A stretch of 64,000 nucleotides of DNA from Antedon mediterranea (GCF_964355755.1 NC_092673.1:5022001-5086000), one strand, 5' to 3'; positions 13,090-29,526 are shown, counted from the stretch's first letter. Notes: generated from the sequence alone by a model not told the origin. Numbers and translations are program-made.

Positions 13090-13415
13090 TAAAGATAGGC
13101 TAATAATTTAGATTTCAATTTGGGTAAAGATGTATTTATTTACTTTGAAAAAAAATGTAATTAGCCTATTTACCTGAAAAAATGTAATTCAAAGCAAAAA
13201 AGTAGTCAAATTGACAAAACGAGGGAAGGGTGAAATAAATTAAATTCTTTCGTCCGTGGTCATATAATGGGGTTAAATTGAATGGTTTATTTTGTATTTT
13301 CATATCCGTAAGTGAAATCATTATTTTTGTTCGTTTTTTTCCTATGGAAGTGAATAACTTTATTAAAACTGCAAAATGACAATCAAATCTTCCCCTTTAT
13401 GTTTTTGGAAATGAC
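13090..13415 (-). mobile_element. Degenerate family A MITE copy
   Basis: Contains TATTTACCTGAAAAAATGTAATT.AAAGCAAAAA...GTCAAATTG and GGAAGTGA.TAACTTTATTAAAACT.CAAAAT as in the other copies; TIRs are eroded. Confidence 0.65.
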
Positions 13416-14834
13416 AGTAGTATGGGACGCCAATAGCGCATTTGTATTTCGTAAAAACGTAATTGGGTTATCAATACCGTTATATATTATAATCAAAGAC
13501 CATTTAGACTAATGTGAGGTGTTATTTAACCTTTGTGACTTTGATATTGTACGTGACTCTCCGTTGTATAGATAAATATCATTATCTCTGTTTACCGGAA
13601 CAGTATATTTATTATGAGATAACAGTGACGTAAAGCTATTAGAAAATATCATAAATAATTAGACGAGTAGACACTTTGTAGAAGATAAATATAATATAAT
13701 GTTGTCAGAGAAACATTTTAGGCCTTTCGTTTTTATTATTTTAACACCTAGCCGAATAAATTAAACACCGACCCGGAACGAATATTATCAATTGCGTCAA
13801 TATATATATAGGTCAAACATTCCATAATTAGCTATTAACACATATTTTAAACAGGCAATCAATATTATATACGCACATTAAAATAATTAGTAACACGGCA
13901 TTATGTTTTAAATACTAAATTCTGTTTAATAAACATCGATCCGTTTATAATATCAAAGTCAACGCTCGCTAGGTCGTCTAGGATCACATAATCCGAATAG
14001 ACAAATCTGATAATAAGTCGATTATATTGCCAATTTTCCCGCTCATTTCTTAATTGAGCAGACAAGCATAAAATAAGTGACACGGGATTGTTCAGGTCTT
14101 ACACTTCATTAAGGCCTCGCTTCCACGCGGCGGATCGCGTTACGCCCGAGATACCTGATTGAAATTGTAGCAATAATCTGCTGTCTTCAGTACACGGAAC
14201 ATCCATGCAGAGTTCTTAAAGTATCCCTGAGGCGTTACCGCTTGCTGAAATTGAGCTCTACCTTCATGAACAGCTCGCATCCTAGGTTTTGTTTTCGATC
14301 ATTTAAATAGCAAAACGAACGAACGGAGGTCTTAAAGATCAAAACTTCTATTACATTGCTAATTTCACGTCGAATTAAGACTGAAGATCGGTGAGATGAA
14401 AGCGTTTTGTAGCGACTCGGCTGATACGTTTCTGGCCCGGTGTGCGAGGACGTTCAACCATGATGTGTTAGAACCAGCTGAAACGTTTGAACATACTCCA
14501 GTGCAACAAATACCAACGTAATAACATTTCATGATCAGTGTTTGTTTAAAATCATTTCAGTAATTTAGACTCAATTTATTTCAATAAACGATTTATATAA
14601 AAATTATTTCAGCTGAAAATGTAGAGTAAATGTTAAATCGGATTAACTTAAAGCAATATCATTACCAAGCAAATGGGCTTTGTCCCAGATTTTGAAATTA
14701 TCGTTTGTGAACTAAGTTAACAACATAATCTTTTCCAAACCAAATACGGTGAACGTGTATCTAAAAAAATTATAACGTTATCATAATATGTTCGCCCTAG
14801 ATCAATTATTAATGCATTTCTGGGCCAATCTCTC

Positions 14835-15266
14835 TAATCTCATCCCTAGCAATCTTTAATCTCATCCCTAGCAATCTTTAATCTCATCCCTAGCAATCTT
14901 TAATCTCATCCCTAGCAATCTCTAATCTCATACCTAGTAACTTTAATCTCATCCCTAGTATCTCTAATCTCATCCCTAGCAATCTTTAATCTCATCCCTA
15001 GTATCTCTAATCTCATCCCTAGCAATCTTTAATCTCATCCCTAGTATCTCTAATCTCATCCCTAGTATCTCTAATTTCATCCCTAGTATCTATCTTATTC
15101 CTTAATATTTATCTCATCCCTAGTTTCTATCTCATCCCTAGTATCTCTAATCTCATCCCTAACATCTATAATTTTATCCCTAGCATCCCTAATATCATCT
15201 CTAGTATCTATAATCTCATCCCTAGTATCTATAACGTCATCCCTAAGTATCTATAATCTCATCCCT
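14835..15266. repeat. 21-22 bp minisatellite (TAATCTCATCCCTAG(CA/T)ATCT), about 20 units
   Basis: Clear tandem periodicity; more degenerate toward the right end. Confidence 0.95.
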
Positions 15267-16464
15267 GTATTATCATCATGACCTATATTGGTTTTGAATA
15301 TCGTATAAGTTTGTTTTTTCTTTTGTGGGGGCAACCCACATTTATTGCAATGGTTACAGTATATATATCTATTTATCAATGAATATTTAAGTGATATTAC
15401 ACAGACAGAGGTTTAAAGATTATATAAAATATTTTGACATTGTGTTAAAATCTAGATAAAACAAAAAGGCTATACAGAGAAAATTTATATTACAGAGCTA
15501 AAACGATATAAAGATTGATATTCAGTATTAAAAATTGAGATTCGATATAATAATGATAAAATGGTATATTGCATTATAAGATTGTGTTTTGTTTGAATAC
15601 TTTGATAAAATCGTATAGTTTTACATTTTGAACATAATATTGCTGTTATTATTTACATGAACTATGATAAAATAAGAAACTAATATATATTGCAAAGCTA
15701 AACCCAAACCGAAGTATAATAATAAGTTTATTATTATTTCAATATTGTTAAATTATTGTTTCGTAAATTCTTCGTCTTCTCATGCCTACATACGTCATCA
15801 CTCATCGTTATTCCTACAACAATAGTTTGTTTAGAGTAGACCTTATTCATTCCGAAAATAAGAGAGATCTTTAATATTATGCAAATTTATACAGAAAGTA
15901 TAAAATCCAGTGTAGGCTTATACACTATTATCATTGTTGCTTGGTACTATATAACCGTGATCTTTTGTGAATTCTGTGACTTAAATTGATTAGACCCTCC
16001 TTATACATGCCATCAATCCCACACCCACCAGCCCCTCCCTCATCACTCGTAGGCCTACGAATAAGGCATAAATGCCAACGCGATACCGGTACCTTATTAT
16101 GACTACAGTTCAGTCTCGAGGCCTATATAATGTTACTTGCATTGTATTATGCCTTGGTATGGTCTTTTAGGACTCCTTTGAGACATATATTCTTAGATCT
16201 ACATGAAGTGTGAAATTGAGACTTCAACGCGTTAATCATATGAAATTAGGCAGCACTGTATTACACGAAAATCTTGAAATAGCTTATTATCAAGCAGGAC
16301 AGTCTCACATACTGTAGGCCTAACATGGCGCGACGCGTCAATGTGCACGCGAAACGAGTTGGCCCGGGTGCGATATTTCTTTTCGTAAATAAGTTGGGGA
16401 CGAAAAAAAAATCTGTTACTGTTATATCAAAACCTGTTAAAATGATTCATATTATAGTTAAATG

Positions 16465-16650
16465 TTATTATCAAAATATCAAAAGGCAAATTACTGAAAC
16501 TGTGTGCTGTGGGTGGACTAGATTTTAATGGAGATACAAATAAAATAAACAAAAAGCTAAATCAAAACGATAAAGCAAAACAGTAAAAGACATTTTGGAT
16601 CGCTTTCGGGTAGTACTAATCCTTCCTCTAGTGCAAGTAAATATTATTAT
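16465..16650 (-). mobile_element. Dispersed repeat family D, copy 1 (Penelope/retrozyme-like, decayed hammerhead)
   Basis: Shares AAAGGCAAATTACTGA...GAGATACAAA...AAAAAGCTAAATCAAAACGATAAAG...GCTTTCGGG...AGTGCA with 34850-35022 and, in part, 60345-60485. Confidence 0.65.
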
Positions 16651-17869
16651 TTTTATTTTCTAAACGACATCATCTCCATGGTCTTATAACACTATATAAT
16701 AATAGTAAATCAAGAGTAAATAAGTTTGGTCCGAATATTTTTTGAAATGATTTTTAATATAATATAGTGCCCTGCCCTTTCTCAAAAGTACACACGATTT
16801 ATAATCTATTTCCTTCTCAAAAAGTACAACGATCCTGATTTCCGGTAAAATACATTAGATAATTAATAAATATTAGATAATAATGAATAATTATAGATAT
16901 TATGAATAATGTATCAAGGCCAATAATTAATTTGATTCGAAAAAAAAATTATGAAACGTTATGATATGATTTTTAAAATGTTTTGGAACTTTTCCAAAAT
17001 TAATATGATTAATTTACCTCCATGATTAAACTGGAGCAAGTGGACACTTTCTCGTGAAGCGGCCAACCCCATCCAGTGGACACTCCTATCAAGGGGTCAT
17101 GGTCCTAAATGCTTCCCCTAAATAAGGAGTCTATATAATTGTAGTGCAGTGCCGGTATTGAGTCTCTATTTTAGTTCTGCACATTTTAATTTATTTTTAA
17201 ACTAAGCAGGGGAAAGTTTAGATAGAATCATTGACCGAAGAAAACGCACTTGATTGGAAATACACCAATTCAGTCATACTTATTAATCAGAGTTCAAGTC
17301 CAATGTTCAAAAGGTCATTGTACAGTACTTTCTATACTTTGGTAGAGCTCTGGTATTATTCGTCTGGTTAGGCCGCCGAAGCGACGTTAACGATGTTGAG
17401 TCACCGGCGAAAACTTGTTTAACTTGGGTGCTGCGTCACTTTACCAGTTTATACGTCGTTAGAACGCATTCCTAACCTTGAGGTTTTGCTGGTGTCGTAA
17501 AACAACTTAATATAAAGCTGCCGACAGGAAAAGCCCTTCTTTAAAACATTCCGGGCGGCATATTCTCTTTGAAGTGGATAAATTAAGTAATACGTTTATT
17601 TAACATACAATTTTATTCGATTGTTTTGATGATATGGCAGTTGCGTTACATTGTTGCCTGTAGTAATATTTTGTTCAGTTCAGTTTAGGCTAGAGTGTTT
17701 ACCTATCTGTGATTAAACCATAAACAAACTGATGATTCGATAAATGTTCGTAGGATTTCAAAACCACATTAATAATTAATTAACAATCCACAATATAAAT
17801 ACTATATTAGTACCACGAGGAAAGAGTCACTCTTTCCTGATTAGTACATTAGTAGTGATATTAAGTAAT

Positions 17870-18185
17870 CAAGACGATCAGCAAACACGATAACGGTGTC
17901 GACGGACAGAAAAGACAAGATGACGTCACGAAAACGGTTACGAAAATGAAACGATCACGTTGATGACAACGACACAATAACGACGATGACACAAACGAAG
18001 GCGACAAAGATGATGACACGAAAAGAAGATAACAATGAAAATACAACGTTGATAACAGGAACACGACACATATAACGACAATTTACGATAAGGACGATGA
18101 CACGATAACGACAACGACAAAGATGATGACAGGAAAACTATAAGATGACACGTTGATGGGAGCGACACGATAACGATGATGACTA
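17870..18185. repeat. Low-complexity GAC/GAT/ACG-rich degenerate repeat
   Basis: GATGACACG / ACGATAACG motifs recur; source of the S/L/C-rich spurious ORFs on the minus strand. Confidence 0.75.
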
Positions 18186-20824
18186 TAGAGTCTTCAAGTT
18201 AACGGTTTTAGATCTGTACTATGTCTCTTTATTTTTCATATGTTTACCATTTTCATGATTCAAACATTTGAGTACGGTAAGTTGTAAAACGACATTGCGA
18301 TTCACACAATCGGAAAAAGATGTTTATAAATGTTTTTTCTTCATCATTTTTATTAGGGATAATTTGTACTTCTGTATGCGTTTAATTCAATATTTTATCT
18401 TATACGTGTTGAATTGAATTTCGATCATATAAATTCAAATGAATAATCTCGAATCCTTGATTTCGTTAGCAAATCTAAATCAAATCAAAATGAATATTAG
18501 TATCATGGGCCTTGATAATTGGAAAAAGAAACACATGCACGAAAAGAAACTTTCTAATTATCCATTAATATGATCACATTACTAGATTGACATCTCATCG
18601 GATAAGTAAGAACACATGTACTTTGACGAATATACAGAAAAGAAACACATTAAAGGCGATGATTGCAAGATCGTGCCTTTCTGTCAAAGGAACTCACTTG
18701 TAATGCTCTGTGATCTCTGGACAGGTTCTTGTGGATGTAATAGGAAATGACATGCAACAACAATGTACCCTTACCCAGGCCTAGCAAATTGGCTGATGAC
18801 GGTTAGATAAACCATCACAGCGACTCATCAACGCAATAATGGAACAATTTGTTTTTCTATAACAGCACGAGCTAAGGTGCGATTAAATGAAAATAATTGC
18901 GTTAATTCGCCTTACTAATTAGAGTCTAAACAAACTAAGTGCGTTATTAGCAATTTATTCACAGAAATAATTGATTTTCTCCGCTCTTCGAGTGAAAATC
19001 AAAACGGATTAAGACCAGCAAATAGCGCGCAATTATGACCATACAATGCATATGAAACTAAATTATTGAACACTTGAGATGCGATACGTATTATGCGTTA
19101 CACAGGTACACATACAACAAAAGCTTACACAATCAAACACTGGTATATTGTATTTAAATTAGAAACGATTAAACACCAGTAAACAATTAAACGAATATTC
19201 CTCTCTAATGTTTTCCGATATCTGTCATTTATAGATTGGTTATAAAGTCCTTGATTTTGATCACTTTAATTATTCCAATCTATTACTGTGTAAATTGTTA
19301 GGCACCTGCAACGCATTCGATTTGATAGGTGTTTAGTTATAGTCCATCATCTACTTCAAACTCTATCGACGCTGTGCACAACGCAATTGAAACGCATTTG
19401 ATACACGTATTATCTGTAATTACTTGTCCATCTTGTAAAATATATTTTGTTAAAGCACTAAGAGCCAATTACACCAGTTGATTGATATTAAAGTTTCATG
19501 GTTTTTTATACATGCTTAATTTCTCCGTCGAGTTTACCGAGATGGCCTAGATCGTGTAATAAATACAGTATGTGAATTATTTGTTATAAATGTTCAAAGC
19601 AAGATTCTAAACACTGTTTGTTGTTGTGTAAAACGAGCTGTATTTGGTAACATTAGTATGGGCCTAACATTTATGGGCCTACCACAAACTGTTGGGCCTA
19701 TTAGAAACAATCCGCAGTGAAATTCGTTGTGTGATGGTGGGCTAACTCCTTTACCCCAAAGCATTGATTCTCAAGATTCTAGTGGTGGTAATGTGGTAAT
19801 ATTATTAGTAGGACCATGGTAGGACTAACATTTATAGGCCTACAAAACTTCCGGTTGACATTTTGTGAAATGTGTGCTGTTAGAACGTCTTTAAATGAAT
19901 AAAAATAACAAAAGGAGATATTTTTCTGAAGTGTATATTAGTATTTGTACTAAGGATTTATTTAAATTTAACCAAAATAAAAGTACAATAGGCTTCTTAA
20001 ACATCATTTGTTTATATATTAATTATATTTAAAGCAGTCTATGTTTTAGACTATGTTTTGATATTTCATTACCGGCGGCGTCGCTTTGGATACAGTACTA
20101 TACTATACTAGTACATTAGAGTACTATTTTATCTGTGATTTCAAATAGGAATCCTGGACAAAGACACCGTACAAGGCTATTGGTATCGTTTGCATAAGAA
20201 AGTTGCTACAGAACAAAAATGTGTTCACATATAATTGAAAAATAATAAGTGAAAATAGGCGACAGTCTAAACAGATTCTGCACTCACTCCGTACTACAGA
20301 AAACAAAAAGTTAAACAAAACATTATAATTTGAAATTATATATAAATATTACCGGATTTTTTTTTGCGACAATGATTAGGCTAAGTTCAACAATCCGGCA
20401 TTTTGTTTACTTTCTACTTTTGTTTTCAGTGCCGAAATTTAATTAATCAAATAAAAATCATGGAGGAGTCTCCTCCATGTCAAAATAAACCACAACAAAA
20501 CATTGATCCCCTCCTCACACCTGGTAATTCCACGCTCATCATTCTCTTAATTCGCCAATTAAATAGATAAACTATTAATAATGATTCATTGATGCAACTA
20601 ATTCGGCAACACCTTTTCTCACGCATCATGTTCAAAATGATATGTTACTCCATTACAAAACCATTTAGATGAGCAGAGAAGAATTTGTGTTATACACTGC
20701 AGAGGAACATAGGCCTAAATCTGGTTAGTTTACGTTCGTTAGAATCTATACAATTGTTTAATTATTAAACTGCGTCTTCCGTACCATATCACTGCATTAG
20801 AAGGAAATGTATGTATTGTATTAA

Positions 20825-21096
20825 AGATGGTTATTGTCTGAAAAATAATTTTTTTTAATATGCCATTTCAATTTCACATAATAGTTATCCACTTTGACCA
20901 AAAATTGAATCTAAACTAAAATTTATGTACCTGAAAAAGCTGTTAATTTAAAGCAAAACATGGTCAAATTGCCTGCCAGACAATGGAATTTTAGCATTTA
21001 TTATGTTATTTTTTAAGAAAAACATACATAAAATAACCTATTCAAAGTCTGATTTAATTAATCTTTATTTTTCATGTTTTGGGGGACAATACATCT
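20825..21096 (-). mobile_element. Kolobok-like MITE, family A copy
   Basis: TTAA|AGATGG.TATTGTC ... GGGGGACAATACATCT|TTAA. Confidence 0.85.
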
Positions 21097-22584
21097 TTAA
21101 TAGGTGTGTACGTCATAGTAAATCACTGTTGGTGTTGGTTAAAAGACAGTAAAATTATGGTAAAACACAAATGTGGAGTAGGCCTATATAGGCCTATTTA
21201 GAATTACGCATAGACCTATTCATGTTCTTATGGCTTTTTTTCGTAAAGTAAAACATTGTTCGTAATGTATTCGATTCGTTATCTTTTTTGGAGGAGGGAG
21301 GGGGGCGGTTTATTTGTTAAGTAATTAATATTCCTACATGGATAACTCATTTCAATTTCATTCGTCCGTGGGTCTGAATTTGTTTTTTTTTTAAATAGAA
21401 CAATTTGGGTTCAGGGTTTCAACTTTGCTTTCAAATTAGGACATCTACAAATTGTTTACAGAGTTTTTACAGTAAGCGCGCGGATATAGGCTATTGTGTT
21501 AAAATATTATGTTGCTAGATACATTAAAATAGAGATAGCATGTGGTAAAAAGTACCATATCATACCTTCACATTTAAGTATAAACAAAACCTGGAAGGGT
21601 GTTTTTGAGTCCCCCTTAAACGGGCTAATATAATGAGCCTGTAAATACGATACGCTAATAAAATTGCTTGAAAGTCAAGGCGTTTTTTTTACATCGTACT
21701 TCTGTTTTCCAAGATACTTGAAAGGGTAAAGCACTTTTAAGGTCAATAAACACTGCCGCTAAATACCCCTATGTCAGTCTCTTCAAAACTTCAAAGCTCG
21801 TTGTACTCGTAAAAATACGTCTATACCAGCCTAGCTTCTCGTTTCCAACCCGATCAACACATTCAGCCAACTACACTGGCGTTCGTTGCGTCACTGCAAA
21901 TTGATAAATTAAAATTAATTGCTTTATTATTATGACGTAATTAGCTAGTGATTTAAAGCGGTGTGTATTTCAACGCGGAAATACATGAATGCAATATACA
22001 AGTAGGCCTACAAATTAAAAAAGTATGTATCGGGCGGTGAAAACAAGGCGGTAAAAACTCAAAAGGAGTTATAGTTCCTTTACATTGGGTAATTAAATTC
22101 ACGTTTAATGATCACAGAACTCTGATAGAATCATTATATTGAAAGTGCTAGTTTTCATAATCAGGTATAAAACTTGTGAAAGGAGTTTGCTATTCGGTAC
22201 TGTGTATTTATTGCTCAACTAAACTCGCTCAAGGAAATATTTACAACTATGATCGTTGTTTGATAGCAGGATATCTCCTATAGATAGAAAAACATATTTG
22301 TATAATATGTTAATTACCGTATGTCAAACATTATTGCATTGTACTTCAAAAGTACGGGTTAAACAGTGTAATCGTCAAGCGAGGAAAACAACATAGTAAT
22401 TTATTTGGAAAATTTCACTTTTTTAAAGCCGATGGGGCTGCATTTATAGCAATATCAAAATAGTAATACAAACAGTAGGCCTAACATTTACACGTACAAT
22501 AAATTTGAAAGAAAAACAAAAATACAAAATCAAATATCAATAAAATATAAATTAATATTCAAAGTAAAATGTCAAATTTCTCAA

Positions 22585-22602
22585 AGAGAGAGAGAGAGAG
22601 AG
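22585..22602. repeat. (AG)n microsatellite
   Basis: About 9 AG units. Confidence 0.9.
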
Positions 22603-23871
22603 TATCGACAGTGTAAACGCGGCCGTAATATATAGCATGGCCTTTTTGTTTCTGAAGTTATAGTCACAGATTGATGAATTATTCTTAAAATTTAATTACG
22701 AGTGTAATTTAAAATATAACAGAACTGACCAATTATTACTGTAGGCTATTGGAAATATGTTTGGCGAACAGCAGGTACTCGAAACTAAGATCTGTCAGTT
22801 AAAGGTGCTACCAGCCCGACGGCAATGTTTAAGTGTCGTTTTAAACAAAACAATATTGCCTAGGCTATAGAGTTATACAATTTTACGGTTGTACGGTAAA
22901 TGTTACATAATCTCAAATGATGCATACAATAACTGTGAACCAGTGCCGATAAGTTTGATGTTTGATTTATTAACGTATAGTACGACGAATAAAATTACAA
23001 ATAACGAAGAAATACCGTAACAAATCCAACTTTAAGTACTAAAAAGATGACAAAAAAAGAATTACAAATAATCTTATATTAAATCATTAATACCGATTTT
23101 TTTTAAATTGGATATACATAACTGCAACAGTTTCGTTAATTTTGTTTTAGCATATTATACTTTTTTTTCTCTTTTGTGGCATAAGCACCACTTTTATTCA
23201 CATTCATATTATCTTTCATGTTATCACATCAAATCATATTATTTATCAAACTTGTCTAAATATATTTTCAAGATCTAGTATGTAAATTGTAATAATACAA
23301 ACTGAAACATTCTTGAAAGGAGTTGGGGATTGCGTTGTTTTAAAAGTTACCCAGAGCAGTGGGATTGAATGACAGATATTAGCAATGATAAAAAATATTA
23401 ATGTGATAACTAGAACACGCGTGCTCATAAAAAGAAGAACCAACAGCGACTGGTAATTGAGACTAACACTTAAGGAGAATAACATTCCAATTCAAGTACC
23501 GGCGGCTTATTTGATCTCGCCGACACCTTATTCTACCCCGTGAATGCTCTTTTATTGCTATTTGATTTCTTTGGATTTGTGGAAATTGCCCCGTTGTTGG
23601 TCACTTGTACTCCTGTGTGTAAAAATAATCCGACACAAAGGCGTTACATTGTATTGGTATAGTCTTCTTTTCAGGTAACTGTTTGAGGCAAGCATTCGAG
23701 TCAACAGTTAGTGTCCACTGTCCTATCAGTTAATTTACCGGCCAATTAAAATTACCCCTTGTAATGAGTACCGCGGTCATAACCGTATTATTACCACTGA
23801 TCCGTATACTATAGGCCGTAAGTCTGCTGTAATTGTATTCCACCTATTGTATTTAATCGGTGACTTTATCA

Positions 23872-23947
23872 ACGCATGCGCTCTTCAATTAACCAATCAA
23901 CGCGTTTCAGAGTAGTCAATGAATTAAGTGGAAAACTTACTATAAAA
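23872..23947 (+). promoter_or_regulatory. NK1 proximal/core promoter: ACGCATGCG (NRF1-like), CCAAT box, TATA box
   Basis: ACGCATGCG 23872-23880, CCAAT 23893-23897, TATAAAA 23941-23947, about 140 bp upstream of the ATG and in canonical order. Confidence 0.65.
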
Positions 23948-24084
23948 CTCAACACAATCATTTGGTATGATAATATCGAAATACTACAACGTACACGCAC
24001 AATTGCTGAGTGAAATATTCTGTTACCTATTTTCTGTTATATAATACTTGTTGAGTTTTTATTAGTGTTTTCTTGAATTTTCAA

Positions 24085-24484
24085 ATGCTTGATTACTGCT
24101 CAAGAATGGATGAATCGCCGTGCAAAAGTCCGGCGCTTAGTACCGTCGCACAGGAGTACAACAAAGTATCATCCCCGCACGTGGAGGACAGTGTTCATAC
24201 CGCTAGCCTAAAGAGTCGGCTTAGTCCAACCCCAGAACCGGTAGAAGAACGACAAGTACCCAAAGTAGAAAATGTTGCTGAACCTCAAAACCATGGACAA
24301 TCTATTTCTCGAATTACACCATTTTCTGTATTAGACATTCTTGATCCGAATAAATTTACTGGATGTAATGCGGGAAGAGAACCCGGATCACCTTCTTCGT
24401 CAGACGATAACGAATACGAATATTGTTCAGACGATCAAACAGACAACAGGTTACGAATGGAAACACACAACGAATGTTACAAAG
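24085..24484 (+). CDS. NKX1: NK1/slouch-class homeobox transcription factor, coding exon 1 (contains the eh1/TN Groucho-binding motif)
   Basis: First in-frame ATG at 24085 (alternative 24106). Encodes TPFSVLDILDPNKF (24316-24357), matching the FSVLDILDPNKF eh1 motif typical of NKX1 proteins. Ends at the donor AAAG|GTAAAT, phase 1. Confidence 0.9.
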
Positions 24485-26317
<1,833 letters not shown>

Positions 26318-26680
26318 ACCGTACTAAAGACTTTTATAAAGACTCAGAAATATTTTATTTTAAAATCGACCATCTTTCTTGCCCTAAAACCTACCGAGCA
26401 GGGTCCGACAGGATTTGGTCGCTCTATTTATATATAGTTAACTTTATTATATGTTTTTCTTTTGTGAAATATGTGATTGTTAGGGGAAAAAAGACTGCAG
26501 TCATTATAATTCGTACATGAAGAAAGATATATCGTTACTTAATAGAATTTTACAGTGTATATATCATTGTTAAATCCATACTATTAATATACAAACTATA
26601 CCTATGTTATTTTTTGTCTGTAAATTAATATGATCCACTTTTCACTCATGTGCTGTGCATTAGAAGTAAACTGTTTTCAT

Positions 26681-26715
26681 AATAAATCTATCCAATTAAA
26701 CAAAACCGAAATAAA
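26681..26715 (+). terminator. Candidate polyadenylation signals of NK1
   Basis: AATAAA at 26681, ATTAAA at about 26695 and a further AATAAA at about 26710, roughly 365 bp after the stop. The sequence is AT-rich, so chance matches are possible. Confidence 0.4.
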
Positions 26716-27599
26716 ACAACTAAATTATTCTCAAACTAAATGAAATACTTGATTCGATCCAACAAAATGTACAATATTTTGTACTGTCAACTTAGTATGT
26801 TTGAATATAAAAATGACGTTATAAAAAGCGCGCGTGTTTTCAGACGATATTAACAAATCGTTTGCAAACTCGCACGTTTGTTTGGAACACAGACGATATT
26901 GATTTAGTAAATATGTTCAAATTATTTTAAATTATGTGTATGTATTGAACAATACCATCATGCTGATGTTGATCTTTTTTAGAAAAATAATAAATATATG
27001 AATATATGAACTGTTGCAATGTGAAATATACTTTTGTTTGTTTTATTTAATGAGACTGTATTTTTAACGAGTGATGCACAGAAGGAGATCCTATAGTGAG
27101 TCGATGGAAGAAATAAATAGATAAATATAAACACAACATGCAATGAACATGAATTCTAAACCGGCCGGCGATATACTGATTAATTAATTAATTTGAAACG
27201 ATTAAATATATTTCCTCCATGGTGAGTCGGACGAAAAGTGCTTTTAAACAAGAAATAGACAGAAAACGATTGACTTTGCGTGGCCAATCAAAGGTTACGA
27301 CCTTTGAAAAAAAAATATCTATGAATAAAACTATACCCTAATAGCCTACAGTACTAAGAAAATAGCATTACTGAGAATAATCAAATTGAAGTCATAGCCT
27401 CTATTAAACACCAATAAAAAAACCTGTTGTGCTTTGGTGGTCTTATAAAATTATAGAAATTGATAAAGGTACTGTGATAGTAGTACTATGGTTAACAGTA
27501 GTATGATAACTGACGGGGAACCTTTTGGTAAACTTTAATAGGTCTAAAAAAAATGAAAAGTAAACTACAATCAACGTAAGAAAAGTAATATGGATACTA

Positions 27600-27865
27600 A
27601 CATGATTTTTTAGTCCATCTGTATCAGAGATAATACAGAATCCATGTTGTCATTTATCGTATAGTTCTACACGCATTTGGAAGATAACAAACACGGAATC
27701 GGGTGCATACAAAGGGGAAAATGAAACTGGGAACATGACGTAAAGAAAAGCAAGAAGCAGGTAAAGACAAGCAGGGAAATCATTCATTGCTAAAGACCAG
27801 TAACTTCTTAGATGTAGCCAAACTTGGAGACGACCATGTAACGTCCACAAAGGACAAGGAATCAT
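27600..27865 (+). mobile_element. Possible highly decayed RTE-type LINE 3' fragment
   Basis: One frame reads LEDNKHGIGCIQRGK*NWEHDVKK with AKD further on, spaced like the RTE C-terminal LEGK.EG.R.RGRP...W.DD.K...A.DR motif; many substitutions. Confidence 0.3.
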
Positions 27866-28316
27866 AGAACATATACACACATAGGTATGTTTCATTTGGG
27901 TATCAAGGTGTCACCATTTAGGCCTACCTCGAATCTATAGTGAGGAAATCTATTTTATCCTACGGCACAAATCCCAGTATGGCATTTTTACATTTTTTAA
28001 ATAGAGTATTTTTTTATGATATTTTAATATGGTACATATTTACTTCAATAATTTGCAATAATCTGCAATACGCCTAGTCTTTCCTCAACACAATGCATTA
28101 AGTTTTAGTTTAAGTTACGTGTGCTCTTTTATATTTTACTTTTTTATTTTTGTTGTTGTAACAAATTTTGTGTGAATGATGTACAGTATAATCTATATAT
28201 TTTTTTACTTGTTATGTATGTAGAGTATCAAATGACACATTTCCAATTGTATGTATTGTGTATGTAATTGGACAATAACAGTTTTTTTAATTTGTTTGCA
28301 TTTTTTAAAATAATAT

Positions 28317-28392
28317 ATCCCAGTATGGCATAACATCCCAATATGACATTACATCCCAATATGACATTACATCCCAATATGGCATTACATTG
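28317..28392. repeat. 18-bp tandem (ATCCCAATATGACATTAC) x4
   Basis: Four units, plus an isolated copy ATCCCAGTATGGCATT at 27971. Confidence 0.9.
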
Positions 28393-29100
28393 GCCTATTC
28401 GTAAGATACAACAATTATAGGTAACGTTTACATCAATCTATTTTCTCTCAGTTTATCGAAATGTTGGCGGCAAAAATACGGTAACGGTTGGTAGAAAAAA
28501 TACTGTAATATTTCCGACAGATTTGTAAACGTTTATGGAAAAGACAAGATTGACATTCAAACCGATTCGTATAATATCAGTTGGCTTCGAGTTGGGTTAT
28601 GGTGTAAATTCAAAACATAAATAGATGTTTACGATTAACTGTTGACTTTTAATTAACCTAAGCAACAAACTTAAACTGACGTTAATTTTTTTTCTCAATT
28701 ATGGTAATTAGTCCATCTGTACTAAATATAACTACCGGATATAATCGTATCAAAAGGAGACGATCCCGTGCCCCTTGTAATTGGAAAAGCCAAAGTATCT
28801 CACCCATCGCCATTGTATTTTGGGGTATAATGTTGATTCATTCAAGTTGGTTGTATAGCAAATTTCGACCTTATTAACGCGAGTCAAGTATACAGTTAGT
28901 GACACGATATAACACAGTCATAAAAACAATATGACGAAGGTAACAATACATTGCTTCCGTTAAGACCATAAAATTAAAAAAAGGGTATTTCAGAGTAACA
29001 GCCCCTGCAATACCAAGTGCAATCCGTGCCGAATCCCCCAAATTGGTTCTTGTTATATAAGGCCTATATTAATGAAACTTTCCTACAAAGATCTTTGGAA

Positions 29101-29132
29101 ATTGATAATTGATAATTGATAATTGATAATTG
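29101..29132. repeat. (ATTGATA)n 7-bp microsatellite
   Basis: About 4.5 perfect units giving four TAATTG motifs. Confidence 0.9.
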
Positions 29133-29389
29133 TGCCTAATTTGAATTGCTCTATTTTACTGCGAAAACAGTAAAAAACTTTACACAGTCAATGCAAAATT
29201 AAACAAGTTATTTCATTACATATGCTGCGATTGAAATTTTATTTACACCATATGAATATTATTAATCTTTTTATCTTTTAAATTTGTATATTTATGTACC
29301 GATCCCTTATACTCATTTTGAGTCTTAAGATACTTTTTATAAGCTTGTACAAATGTTTTTCTTGGTGCAATATTTTTTATATTTCGATG

Positions 29390-29526
29390 TTTTTTAAGGG
29401 GCAACTAACTCTTTGAGTTATAGTAATTGTTTTGCTTTGGTTGCCCCTGACCATTGTGCTCTGTTTCTGTTCTGTTATGTATCTGTGTTTTGGTCGAATA
29501 AATAAATGAAATGAAAAAATGAAATG
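29390..29526 (+). mobile_element. CR1/L2-group (Crack/Daphne-like) LINE 3' end
   Basis: GGGGCAAC...GTTGCCCC stem, GACC...GGTC stem, then AATAAATAAATGAAATGAAA tail; a similar tail occurs at 41755-41866. Confidence 0.55.

Noticed and set aside
14381-14408. CTGAAGA...GAAAGCG hammerhead-like string
   Set aside because: Stem II does not close before GAAA and there is no stem I.
14835-15266. Telomeric repeat (CCCTAG resembling CCCTAA)
   Set aside because: Unit is 21-22 bp with a single CCCTAG; not a TTAGGG array.
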